DNA of 64,000 nt from Eledone cirrhosa (Eukaryota). Numbering within the stretch: position 1 is the stretch's first letter; every line of letters starts with the position of its first letter. The notes below the pieces were generated by a model. That model was given only the letters and a program-made list of their open reading frames with translations, searched no databases and was not told where the DNA came from. A program made the position numbers and the translations under genes. The stretch is taken from the NCBI GenBank assembly GCA_964016885.1, contig OZ024743.1, forward strand, positions 286,750,001 through 286,814,000, read 5' to 3'. Shown here one piece after another: positions 25,600 to 41,200 of this stretch.

Positions 25600-25856
25600 G
25601 TACCACAACATCTAGTCCTAAATAAATGAGGTCGTGTAGGTGTCACGACAAAAAAACACACAGTCCACGCTGTAATGTGGCTGTGTAGGTAACACGGTAA
25701 AAACCTCCCCGTCCACACTGTAAACGTGGTTGGTGTTAGGAAGGGCATCCAGCCGTAGAAAACCTGCCAGACAGTCCTATATGAGCAAGACAACCAATCT
25801 TGCCTCAAGTGGAAGATGGACGTTAAACGATGATGATGATGATGATGATGATGTTG
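25596..25856 (+). mobile_element. RTE LINE 3' UTR fragment
   Basis: Matches 54280-54675 but has a single copy of the 112-bp unit; (GAT)n tail. Confidence 0.85.
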
Positions 25857-25868
25857 ATATATATATAT

Positions 25869-25960
<92 letters not shown>

Positions 25961-25963
<3 letters not shown>

Positions 25964-26062
25964 GGCTTCTACAGGACTAGAACTGTTTCATTCAAAGAAA
26001 ATCATCAGGATTTCCTGATGATTTCCTTCGAATGAAACAGTTCTAGTCCTGTAGAAGCAATT
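25961..26062. repeat. 102-bp palindrome (50-bp arms, 3 mismatches, 2-nt loop) containing CTGATGA..GAAA in each arm
   Basis: Arms are 25961-26010 and 26013-26062. It lies between (TA)n(GA)n and a TA-rich tract. Confidence 0.85.
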
Positions 26063-26169
26063 GCCATATTAAATTTGTTGTATCCACTCTACTAATGTAT
26101 TGAATACCTTACTTACTGTGGTTACCCCTGATGGAACCCAAGACTCACACATATTTATATATATATACT

Positions 26170-26884
26170 AACAGGTAGGGAGAAATATGTATGCAGTAGA
26201 TGTACAGGGAAATTAGACAATAGAAGTCGCACTGATAGACACATTTTTCAAATGCAAGAGGGCGCTATAGAAGTGGTGGATAGCTTCCGGTACCTAGGAG
26301 ATCAGATTAGCATGGGAGGAGGGTGTTCCGAGGCCATAGTATCTAGAATAAGGACGGGTTGGAAGAAGTTTAGGGAGCTGCTTCCTCTGTTGATGAAGAA
26401 GGGTTTCTCCCTGCGTACGAAAGGCCGGTTGTATGATGCCTGTGTGAGGAGAGGAGCGCGATGCTGCATGGTAGTGAGACATGGGCAGCAACTGCAGAGG
26501 ATATGCGACGGCTGGAGAGAAATGAGGCAAGCATGCTCCGTTGGATGTGCAGTGTAAATGTGCGTGAACGACCCAGCATAAATGTGTTGAGAGAGAAACT
26601 GTGTCTGAGAGGGATAGAATGTAGTGTACGGGAGAGGAGACTGAGGTGGTATGGACATGTGATGCGCATGGAGGATGACCGATGGGTGAAGAAGTGCCAG
26701 GAAATGCCAGTTGAAGGAAGACGTGGTAGAGGTAGACCACGAAAAACATGGGCGGAGGTGGTGAGAACAGACCTCACATCATTGAAGCTCACGGTGGAGA
26801 TGAAGAAGGACTGTGACGAGTGGAGAGATGCTGTGCTGAATAAGACCCGTTCCACCCTTGCAAGCAGGGAAAAGCGGACGTAAA

Positions 26885-26918
<34 letters not shown>
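26170..26918 (+). mobile_element. 5'-truncated RTE-clade LINE, subfamily B (ORF runs up to the tail)
   Basis: CSRCTG..VVDSFRYLG..GWKKFRELLPLL..MLHGSETW..LRWYGHVMRM, with one frameshift near 26450. The stop at 26883 is immediately followed by (GAT)n. Confidence 0.9.
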
Positions 26919-26919
<1 letters not shown>

Positions 26920-27240
26920 ATGCCACATTTTCAGCTCAATTATAATTTTCCGTTTTTCTTCCTTAATGTAACAAATAATTTATTTAGATTAATTTTCATA
27001 TGCTTCCATATTAAACATTTCATTACTTTCATTATTTAAAATAATCAATAACGATTCTTACATGATGTTATAAATAACCATCATTAATAATTTTCTCATT
27101 AAAGATGTCTTTTGTAGATATAACAAATTTTTCCCTTTGTCTTGCTTCTGAAGATATACAATATTTGATAATCCTTTGTTATATTCAATATATTTACCCA
27201 CCTCATTATTCTATATTGTTATAACATAAATATTACTTAA

Positions 27241-27348
27241 CCTTTAGGAGGCTGAATCTTTTCATGAATTGCTTCCCTTGACACTGTATTATGTATTAAG
27301 GGGAAATTACTCTATTGGCGACTTGTTTCGCCGACAGTGCCAAAAGGG
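27241..27348. mobile_element. Short TTAA-flanked MITE
   Basis: TTAA|CCTTTAGG...CCAAAAGGG|TTAA. Confidence 0.55.
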
Positions 27349-27781
27349 TTAAATAACTTGTAATGAAACATTTTTAAGGTTATTAAATTATTTAAGAAAT
27401 CTATGCTATTATCTTAATTGGTTATGTGTATATATATGTATACACATAACATTATATACATATATATAATAATGAGTTTCTGTCTGATGGCTGAACTCAT
27501 GTCATTTCAACAGTGTATACTAAGTGGAACAATGGCCTTACTAGTCTAAACTAGTAACTTCTCATATATATATATTCTTCCCTTTCACTATAAATCAAAC
27601 CAAAACATAACCATCAGTCATTTTAATTGTGATATTTTGTACAACCAATCTTATACTAAAAATTTGCATTGCTTTATCTCACATTTTGTCCCCCATTCTG
27701 TCTCTCTTTGCAATATTGGAATAATTATTATGTGCATACATCATTATCGTTTGCTTTGGCAAACTGATGCTTTGTTGACTT

Positions 27782-27904
<123 letters not shown>

Positions 27905-29275
27905 GTGGCTTCTCATTGAATTAATACACTTAGAGTTGTCTTCCTTACTTGCTGATGAAAATATTAGCTATCAACTAATATCATTATCAAATGCTTTTTA
28001 CTGCATGCATAAATATACTTTTGCTTTATAATGTTTAAGCATTGAAAATATATTCATGTATACAACTGTCTAATAATTGCATTTGTTAGCTTGGGACTAA
28101 AATGAGAATATTTTCCCTCTTTTCCTCACTCATAATTTAAAGGAAAGAATCTGAATAATTACATACTTCACTCCTCAATGCGTTTGAACTAATGAAACTT
28201 TACCAAGAACCAGCCAATAAACTAACTGTTGCTGATGCAGATCATCATAAGTTTCCTCGAATTCCAAATTTTATCTTGTCTAATTGCACTATATAACATT
28301 AATTTTTTAGCAAATATTAGTAAATTTTAGGATGCTCTTTATGAATATGAAATCCATTTTGCTTCATCATGCCTTCATTCTGATCTATAAGATATACCAC
28401 ATATACAGAAAAAGTGTCTAATCTTGTGGACATTGTATGCAATCTATTAATGTACTAAACTACAATTTATCACAGTTAAAATAACAATATACACTTACAA
28501 AAAAAACTTAGCACAAAAAAAGTTACAGCATTGATTTCACTGTCAAGATCAGTAGCATGGAGTTCAAGTGTGAAGCCAGCAAAAGTCAGCCATTATGTGA
28601 GGATTGGCTCACCCTTGGTACCTTGTTTCAACAGTAATGATCACTTGATGAAATCTTTCACCATGCTCATCACTGATCCTACCCAAGTCCAAAGGAAAGA
28701 AATCCAAGTGATTCTTTTAAAAAGTGAATTTTCAAGGACACCCCGTGCATTGAAGGAATCCAAAAGGTCAGCTATGATTGCCTTGTAATTCAGGCTTCAG
28801 TTCTTTTCTGGAAAGTTTCCAACTGTCTTTAACACATCATCATAAAGTCATCGCTCAACTTCATTCAATGAAGCTCTGAACATCTGATTCTTCATTAATT
28901 TGCAAGTATCTGTTCCAACGAACACGCCTTCTTTAATCTTTGCTTTACTTAATTGAGGAAAGATGTCTTTCAGCACCTTGATTGATTGCCATACAAGATC
29001 CAGTGACTTCACAACATTTTTGAAGATTCCAAATTTAATATATAATGGTGGTAACACAGTTACCTCAAGTGAAACTAGTGATACATATTGAATGTATTTA
29101 TTCCCAGGTCTCCATTCATGACATGTTGGCCAATCCTGCCAACTGTAGTGCTCATTTCAAGACCAGCTATCCCACAGGCACAGGAAGAAGCAAAACTTTG
29201 CGTAGCCCTTTTGCATTCCAGTTAAAAAAACCTATGATATTCAATTCACCTCCAGCTTTCCACTTTAAATCATAA

Positions 29276-32200
29276 TCTATATTAATAAAGCTGATGGCCG
29301 TATGTATGTAACAAACTTTTCGCCAAACAGCTGAACCAAACAGCACCAAAGTTGCACCATAGATGTAACTTTTTCCAAGAAAGTGAGGGTATTTTTGTCT
29401 AATAAATTTTGTTAAAAGATTAAAGATATTATTTAAATATTCACTTCTTTAAAATTTTCAAATGTCAAAGCTTCCGGTTATACGACATTCCTCTCTCTTT
29501 CTAAGTCTGTCTTTTTAGATAGATACATAGCTATAACGTCGCGCCCTTATAATATGTCTGTGTATGTCTGGCTGTCTGCATCTGTACATTGACTTCACTA
29601 TCTATGTGTGTGTATATATATGTATATATAGTGTGTGTATATATATATATAGTGTGTATATATATATATATAGTGTTAGTATCATAAATAAGAGACAGTT
29701 TAACTTGTACATTTTATTACAGCATTCCTTTATACATATATATACGTATATATATATACATAAACATGTTATTTACAGTTGTATAAAAAAGAAGTATAAG
29801 CGAAGCTAGGTACGTCAGCTATATAGATATATATCTGGATGCCGTAGAACACACCAATGGTAGCCGGGCACCAGTCGGATGGGCCAGCTAGTACTATATA
29901 TTTTCAACAGTAATACTGTACTATACAATATATTTTCAACAGTAATACTGTACTATACTATACTATACTATATATTTCCAACAGTAATACTATACAATAT
30001 GTTTTCAACAGTAATACTATACTATATATTTCCAACAGTAATACTATACAATATGTTTTCAACAGTAATACGATACTATATATTTTCAACAGTAATACTA
30101 TACAATATATTTTCAACAGTAATACTATACTATATATTTTCAACAGTAATACTATACTATATGTTTTCAACAGTAATACTATACTATATATTTCCAACAG
30201 TAATACTATACAATATGTTTTCAACAGTAATACTATACTATATATTTTCAACAGTAATACTGTACTATATATTTTCAACAGTAATACTGTACTATACTAT
30301 ACTATACTATATATTTCCAACAGTAATACTATACAATATGTTTTCAACAGTAATACTATACAATATGTTTTCAACAGTAATACTATACTATATATTTTCA
30401 ACAGTAATACTATACTATATATTTTCAACAGTAATACTATACTATATATTTTCAACAGTAATACTATACTATACAATATATTTTCAACAGTAATACTATA
30501 CTATATATTTTCAACAGTAATACTATACTATATATTTTCAACAGTAATACTATACTATACAATATATTTTCAACAGTAATATTATACTATATATTTCCAA
30601 CAGTAATACTATACTATATATTTTCAACAGTAATACTATACTATACAATATATTTTCAACAGTAATACTGTACTATACAATATATTTTCAACAGTAATAC
30701 TATACTATATATTTTCAACAGTAATACTATACTATATATTTTCAACAGTAATACTATACTATATATTTTCAACAGTAATACTATACTATATATTTTCAAC
30801 AGTAATACTATACTATATATTTTCAACAGTAATACTATACTATATGTTTTCAACAGTAATACTATACTATATATTTTCAAAAGTAATACTATACTATATA
30901 TTTTCAACAGTAATACTATACTATACAATATATTTTCAACAGTAATACTATACAATATGTTTTCAACAGTAATACTATACAATATGTTTTCAACAGTAAT
31001 ACTATACAATATGTTTTCAACAGTAATACTATACTATATATTTTCAACAGTAATACTATACTATATATTTTCAACAGTAATACTATACTATATATTTCCA
31101 ACAGTAATACTGTACAATATATTTCCAACAGTAATACTATACTATATATTTCCAACAGTAATACTATACTATATATTTTCAACAGTAATACTGTACTATA
31201 TATTTTCAACAGTAATACTATACTATATATTTCCAACAGTAATACTATACTATATATTTCCAACAGTAATACTATACTATATATTTTCAACAGTCATACT
31301 ATACTATATATTTTCAACAGTAATACTATACTATATATTTTCAACAGTCATACTATACTATATATTTTCAACAGTAATACTATACTATATATTTCCAACA
31401 GTAATACTATACTATATATTTTCAACAGTAATACTGTACTATATATTTTCAACAGTAATACTGTACTATACTATATATTTTCAACAGTAATACTGTACTA
31501 TACAATATATTTTCAACAGTAATACTATACTATATATTTTCAACAGTAATACTGTACTATACAATATATTTTTAACAGTAATACTGTACTATACAATATA
31601 TTTTCAAAAGTAATACTATACTATATATTTTCAACAGTAATACTATACTATATATTTTCAACAGTAATACTATACTATATATTTTCAACAGTAATACTAT
31701 ACTATATATTTTCAACAGTAATACTATACTATATATTTTCAACAGTAATACTATACTATATGTTTTCAACAGTAATACTATACTATATATTTTCAAAAGT
31801 AATACTATACTATATGTTTTCAACAGTAATACTATACAATATTTTTTCAACAGTAATACTATACAATATGTTTTCAACAGTAATACTATACTATATATTT
31901 CCAACAGTAATACTATACTATATATTTTCAACAGTAATACTATACTATATATTTCCAACAGTAATACTGTACAATATATTTCCAACAGTAATACTATACT
32001 ATATATTTTCAACAGTAATACTATACTATATATTTCCAACAGTAATACTATACTATATATTTTCAACAGTAATACTATACTATATATTTTCAACAGTCAT
32101 ACTATACTATATATTTTCAACAGTAATACTATACTATATATTTCCAACAGTAATACTATACTATATATTTTCAACAGTAATACTGTACTATATATTTTCA

Positions 32201-35200
32201 ACAGTAATACTGTACTATACTATATATTTTCAACAGTAATACTGTACTATACAATATATTTTCAACAGTAATACTATACTATATATTTTCAACAGTAATA
32301 CTGTACTATACAATATATTTTCAACAGTAATACTGTACTATACAATATATTTTCAACAGTAATACTATACTATATATTTTCAACAGTAATACTATACTAT
32401 ATATTTTCAACAGTAATACTATACTATATATTTTCAACAGTAATACTATACTATACAATATATTTTCAACAGTAATACTATACTATATATTTTCAACAGT
32501 AATACTATACTATATATTTCAACAGTAATACTATACTATATGTTTTCAACAGTAATACTATACTATATATTTTCAAAAGTAATACTATACTATATGTTTT
32601 CAACAGTAATACTATACAATATGTTTTCAACAGTAATACTATACAATATGATTTCAACAGTAATACTATACTATATATTTCCAACAGTAATACTATACTA
32701 TATATTTTCAACAGTAATACTATACTATATATTTTCAACAGTAATACTATACTATATATTTCCAACAGTAATACTGTACAATATATTTCCAACAGTAATA
32801 CTATACTATATATTTTCAACAGTAATACTATACTATATATTTTCAACAGTAATACTGTACTATATATTTTCAACAGTAATACTATACTATATATTTCCAA
32901 CAGTAATACTATACTATATATTTCCAACAGTAATACTATACTATATATTTTCAACAGTCATACTATACTATATATTTTCAACAGTAATACTATACTATAT
33001 ATTTTCAACAGTCATACTATACTATATATTTTCAACAGTAATACTATACTATATATTTTCAACAGTCATACTATACTATATATTTTCAACAGTAATACTA
33101 TACTATATATTTCCAACAGTAATACTATACTATATATTTTCAACAGTAATACTGTACTATATATTTTCAACAGTAATACTGTACTATACTATATATTTTC
33201 AACAGTAATACTGTACTATACAATATATTTTCAACAGTAATACTATACTATATATTTTCAACAGTAATACTGTACTATACAATATATTTTTAACAGTAAT
33301 ACTGTACTATACAATATATTTTCAACAGTAATACTATACTATATATTTTCAACATTAATACTATACTATATATTTTCAACAGTAATACTATACTATATAT
33401 TTTCAACAGTAATACTATACTATATATTTTCAACAGTAATACTATACTATATATTTTCAACAGTAATACTATAGTATATGTTTTCAACAGTAATACTATA
33501 CTATATATTTTCAAAAGTAATACTATACTATATGTTTTCAACAGTAATACTATACAATATGTTTTCAACAGTAATACTATACAATATGTTTTCAACAGTA
33601 ATACTATACTATATATTTCCAACAGTAATACTATACTATATATTTTCAACAGTAATACTATACTATATATTTCCAACAGTAATACTGTACAATATATTTC
33701 CAACAGTAATACTATACTATATATTTCCAACAGTAATACTATACTATATATTTTCAACAGTAATACTGTACTATATATTTTCAACAGTAATACTATACTA
33801 TATATTTCCAACAGTAATACTATACTATATATTTCCAACAGTAATACTATACTATATATTTTCAACAGTAATACTATACTATATATTTTCAACAGTCATA
33901 CTATACTATATATTTTCAACAGTAATACTATACTATATATTTCCAACAGTAATACTATACTATATATTTTCAACAGTAATACTGTACTATATATTTTCAA
34001 CAGTAATACTGTACTATACTATATATTTTCAACAGTAATACTGTACTATACAATATATTTTCAACAGTAATACTATACTATATATTTTCAACAGTAATAC
34101 TGTACTATACAATATATTTTCAACAGTAATACTGTACTATACAATATATTTTCAACAGTAATACTATACTATATATTTTCAACAGTAATACTATACTATA
34201 TATTTTCAACAGTAATACTATACTATATATTTTCAACAGTAATACTATACTATACAATATATTTTCAACAGTAATACTATACTATATATTTTCAACAGTA
34301 ATACTATACTATATATTTCCAACAGTAATACTATACTATATGTTTTCAACAGTAATACTATACTATATATTTTCAAAAGTAATACTATACTATATGTTTT
34401 CAACAGTAATACTATACAATATGTTTTCAACAGTAATACTATACAATATGTTTTCAACAGTAATACTATACTATATATTTCCAACAGTAATACTATACTA
34501 TATATTTTCAACAGTAATACTATACTATATATTTTCAACAGTAATACTATACTATATATTTCCAACAGTAATACTGTACAATATATTTCCAACAGTAATA
34601 CTATACTATATATTTCCAACAGTAATACTATACTATATATTTTCAACAGTAATACTGTACTATATATTTTCAACAGTAATACTATACTATATATTTCCAA
34701 CAGTAATACTATACTATATATTTCCAACAGTAATACTATACTATATATTTTCAACAGTCATACTATACTATATATTTTCAACAGTAATACTATACTATAT
34801 ATTTTCAACAGTCATACTATACTATATATTTTCAACAGTAATACTATACTATATATTTCCAACAGTAATACTATACTATATATTTTCAACAGTAATACTA
34901 TACTATACAATATATTTTCAACAGTAATACTATACTATATGTTTTCAACAGTAATACTATACTATATATTTTCAACAGTAATACTATACTATATATTTTC
35001 AACAGTCATACTATACTATATATTTTCAACAGTAATACTATACTATATATTTCCAACAGTAATACTATACTATATATTTTCAACAGTAATACTGTACTAT
35101 ATATTTTCAACAGTAATACTGTACTATACTATATATTTTCAACAGTAATACTGTACTATACAATATATTTTCAACAGTAATACTATACTATATATTTTCA

Positions 35201-38200
35201 ACAGTAATACTGTACTATACAATATATTTTCAACAGTAATACTGTACTATACAATATATTTTCAACAGTAATACTATACTATATATTTTCAACAGTAATA
35301 CTATACTATATATTTTCAACAGTAATACTATACTATATATTTTCAACAGTAATACTATACTATATATTTTCAACAGTAATACTATACTATATATTTTCAA
35401 CAGTTATACTATACTATATATTTTCAACAGTAATACTATACTATATGTTTTCAACAGTAATACTATACTATATATTTTCAAAAGTAATACTATACTATAT
35501 GTTTTCAACAGTAATACTATACAATATGTTTTCAACAGTAATACTATACAATATGTTTTCAACAGTAATACTATACTATATATTTCCAACAGTAATACTA
35601 TACTATATATTTTCAACAGTAATACTATACTATATATTTTCAACAGTAATACTATACTATATATTTCCAACAGTAATACTGTACAATATATTTCCAACAG
35701 TAATACTATACTATATATTTCCAACAGTAATACTATACTATATATTTTCAACAGTAATACTGTACTATATATTTTCAACAGTAATACTATACTATATATT
35801 TCCAACAGTAATACTATACTATATATTTCCAACAGTAATACTATACTATATATTTTCAACAGTCATACTATACTATATATTTTCAACAGTAATACTATAC
35901 TATATATTTTCAATAGTCATACTATACTATATATTTCCAACAGTAATACTATACTATATATTTCCAACAGTAATACTATACTATATATTTTCAACAGTAA
36001 TACTGTACTATATATTTTCAACAGTAATACTGTACTATACTATATATTTTCAACAGTAATACTGTACTATGCAATATATTTTCAACAGTAATACTATACT
36101 ATATATTTTCAACAGTAATACTGTACTATACAATATATTTTCAACAGTAATACTGTACTATACAATATATTTTCAACAGTAATACTATACTATATATTTT
36201 CAACAGTAATACTATACTATATATTTTCAACAGTAATACTATACTATATATTTTCAACAGTAATACTATACTATATATTTTCAACAGTAATACTATACTA
36301 TATATTTTCAACAGTAATACTATACTATATATTTTCAACAGTAATACTATACTATACAATATATTTTCAACAGTAATACTATACTATATATTTTCAACAG
36401 TAATACTATACTATATATTTCCAACAGTAATACTATACTATATGTTTTCAACAGTAATACTATACAATATGTTTTCAACAGTAATACTATACTATATATT
36501 TCCAACAGTAATACTATACTATATGTTTTCAACAGTAATACTATACAATATGTTTTCAACAGTAATACTATACAATATGTTTTCAACAGTAATACTATAC
36601 TATATATTTCCAACAGTAATACTATACTATATATTTCCAACAGTAATACTGTACAATATATTTCCAACAGTAATACTATACTATATATTTCCAACAGTAA
36701 TACTATACTATATATTTTCAACAGTAATACTGTACTATATATTTTCAACAGTAATACTATACTATATATTTCCAACAGTAATACTATACTATATATTTCC
36801 AACAGTAATACTATACTATATATTTTCAACAGTCATACTATACTATATATTTTCAACAGTAATACTATACTATATATTTTCAACAGTCATACTATACTAT
36901 ATATTTTCAACAGTAATACTATACTATATATTTCCAACAGTAATACTATACTATATATTTTCAACAGTAATACTATACTATACAATATATTTTCAACAGT
37001 AATACTATACTATATATTTTCAACAGTAATACTATACTATATATTTCCAACGGTAATACTATACTATATGTTTTCAACAGTAATACTATACAATATGTTT
37101 TCAACAGTAATACTATACTATATATTTCCAACAGTAATACTATACTATATGTTTTCAACAGTAATACTATACTATATATTTTCAAAAGTAATACTATACT
37201 ATATGTTTTCAACAGTAATACTATACAATATGTTTTCAACAGTAATACTATACAATATGTTTTCAACAGTAATACTATACTATATATTTCCAACAGTAAT
37301 ACTATACTATATATTTCCAACAGTAATACTATACTATATATTTTCAACAGTAATACTGTACTATATATTTTCAACAGTAATACTATACTATATATTTCCA
37401 ACAGTAATACTATACTATATATTTCCAACAGTAATACTATACTATATATTTTCAACAGTCATACTATACTATATATTTTCAACAGTAATACTATACTATA
37501 TATTTTCAACAGTAATACTGTACTATACAATATATTTTCAACAGTAATACTATACTATATATTTTCAACAGTAATACTGTACTATACAATATATTTTCAA
37601 CAGTAATACTGTACTATACAATATATTTTCAACAGTAATACTATACTATATATTTTCAACAGTAATACTATACTATATATTTTCAACAGTAATACTATAC
37701 TATATATTTTCAACAGTAATACTATACTATACAATATATTTTCAACAGTAATACTATACTATATATTTTCAACAGTAATACTATACTATATATTTCCAAC
37801 AGTAATACTATACTATATGTTTTCAACAGTAATACTATACTATATATTTTCAAAAGTAATACTATACTATATGTTTTCAACAGTAATACTATACAATATG
37901 TTTTCAACAGTAATACTATACAATATGTTTTCAACAGTAATACTATACTATATATTTCCAACAGTAATACTATACTATATATTTTCAACAGTAATACTAT
38001 ACTATATATTTTCAACAGTAATACTATACTATATATTTCCAACAGTAATACTGTACAATATATTTCCAACAGTAATACTATACTATATATTTCCAACAGT
38101 AATACTATACTATATATTTTCAACAGTAATACTGTACTATATATTTTCAACAGTAATACTATACTATATATTTCCAACAGTAATACTATACTATATATTT

Positions 38201-41200
38201 CCAACAGTAATACTATACTATATATTTTCAACAGTCATACTATACTATATATTTTCAACAGTAATACTATACTATATAGTTTCAACAGTCATACTATACT
38301 ATATATTTTCAACAGTAATACTATACTATATATTTCCAACAGTAATACTATACTATATATTTTCAACAGTAATACTATACTATACAATATATTTTCAACA
38401 GTAATACTATACTATATGTTTTCAACAGTAATACTATACTATATATTTTCAACAGTAATACTATACTATATATTTTCAACAGTCATACTATACTATATAT
38501 TTTCAACAGTAATACTATACTATATATTTCCAACAGTAATACTATACTATATATTTTCAACAGTAATACTGTACTATATATTTTCAACAGTAATACTGTA
38601 CTATACTATATATTTTCAACAGTAATACTGTATTTATACAATATATTTTCAACAGTAATACTATACTATATATTTTCAACAGTAATACTGTACTATACAA
38701 TATATTTTCAACAGTAATACTGTACTATACAATATATTTTCAACAGTAATACTATACTATATATTTTCAACAGTAATACTATACTATATATTTTCAACAG
38801 TAATACTATACTATATATTTTCAACAGTAATACTATACTATATATTTTCAACAGTAATACTATACTATATATTTTCAACAGTTATACTATACTATATATT
38901 TTCAACAGTAATACTATACTATATGTTTTCAACAGTAATACTATACTATATATTTTCAAAAGTAAAACTATACTATATGTTTTCAACAGTAATACTATAC
39001 AATATGTTTTCAACAGTAATACTATACAATATGTTTTCAACAGTAATACTATACTATATATTTCCAACAGTAATACTATACTATATATTTTCAACAGTAA
39101 TACTATACTATATATTTCAACAGTAATACTATACTATATATTTCCAACAGTAATACTGTACAATATATTTCCAACAGTAATACTATACTATATATTTCCA
39201 ACAGTAATACTATACTATATATTTTCAACAGTAATACTGTACTATATATTTTCAACAGTAATACTATACTATATATTTCCAACAGTAATACTATACTATA
39301 TATTTCCAACAGTAATACTATACTATATATTTTCAACAGTCATACTATACTATATATTTTCAACAGTAATACTATACTATATATTTTCAATAGTCATACT
39401 ATACTATATATTTCCAACAGTAATACTATACTATATATTTCCAACAGTAATACTATACTATATATTTTCAACAGTAATACTGTACTATATATTTTCAACA
39501 GTAATACTGTACTATACTATATATTTTCAACAGTAATACTGTACTATGCAATATATTTTCAACAGTAATACTATACTATATATTTTCAACAGTAATACTG
39601 TACTATACAATATATTTTCAACAGTAATACTGTACTATACAATATATTTTCAACAGTAATACTATACTATATATTTTCAACAGTAATACTATACTATATA
39701 TTTTCAACAGTAATACTATACTATATATTTTCAACAGTAATACTATACTATATATTTTCAACAGTAATACTATACTATATATTTTCAACAGTAATACTAT
39801 ACTATATATTTTCAACAGTAATACTATACTATACAATATATTTTCAACAGTAATACTATACTATATATTTTCAACAGTAATACTATACTATATATTTCCA
39901 ACAGTAATACTATACTATATGTTTTCAACAGTAATACTATACAATATGTTTTCAACAGTAATACTATACTATATATTTCCAACAGTAATACTATACTATA
40001 TGTTTTCAACAGTAATACTATACAATATGTTTTCAACCATAATACTATACAATATGTTTTCAACAGTAATACTATACTATATATTTCCAACAGTAATACT
40101 ATACTATATATTTCCAACAGTAATACTGTACAATATATTTCCAACAGTAATACTATACTATATATTTCCAACAGTAATACTATACTATATATTTTCAACA
40201 GTAATACTGTACTATATATTTTCAACAGTAATACTATACTATATATTTCCAACAGTAATACTATACTATATATTTCCAACAGTAATACTATACTATATAT
40301 TTTCAACAGTCATACTATACTATATATTTTCAACAGTAATACTATACTATATATTTTCAACAGTCATACTATACTATATATTTTCAACAGTAATACTATA
40401 CTATATATTTCCAACAGTAATACTATACTATATATTTTCAACAGTAATACTATACTATACAATATATTTTCAACAGTAATACTATACTATATATTTTCAA
40501 CAGTAATACTATACTATATATTTCCAACGGTAATACTATACTATATGTTTTCAACAGTAATACTATACAATATGTTTTCAACAGTAATACTATACTATAT
40601 ATTTCCAACAGTAATACTATACTATATGTTTTCAACAGTAATACTATACTATATATTTTCAAAAGTAATACTATACTATATGTTTTCAACAGTAATACTA
40701 TACAATATGTTTTCAACAGTAATACTATACAATATGTTTTCAACAGTAATACTATACTATATATTTCCAACAGTAATACTATACTATATATTTCCAACAG
40801 TAATACTATACTATATATTTTCAACAGTAATACTGTACTATATATTTTCAACAGTAATACTATACTATATATTTCCAACAGTAATACTATACTATATATT
40901 TCCAACAGTAATACTATACTATATATTTTCAACAGTCATACTATACTATATATTTTCAACAGTAATACTATACTATATATTTTCAACAGTCATACTATAC
41001 TATATATTTTCAACAGTAATACTATACTATATATTTCCAACAGTAATACTATACTATATATTTTCAACAGTAATACTATACTATATATTTTCAACAGTAA
41101 TACTATACTATACTATATGTTTTCAACAGTAATACTATACAATATATTTTCAACAGTAATATTATACTATATATTTTCAACAGTAATACTATACAATATA

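Noticed and set aside
27950-28000. CTGATGA followed by a 7-bp stem (ATATTAG/CTAATAT)
   Set aside because: The GAAA core and stem III are missing.
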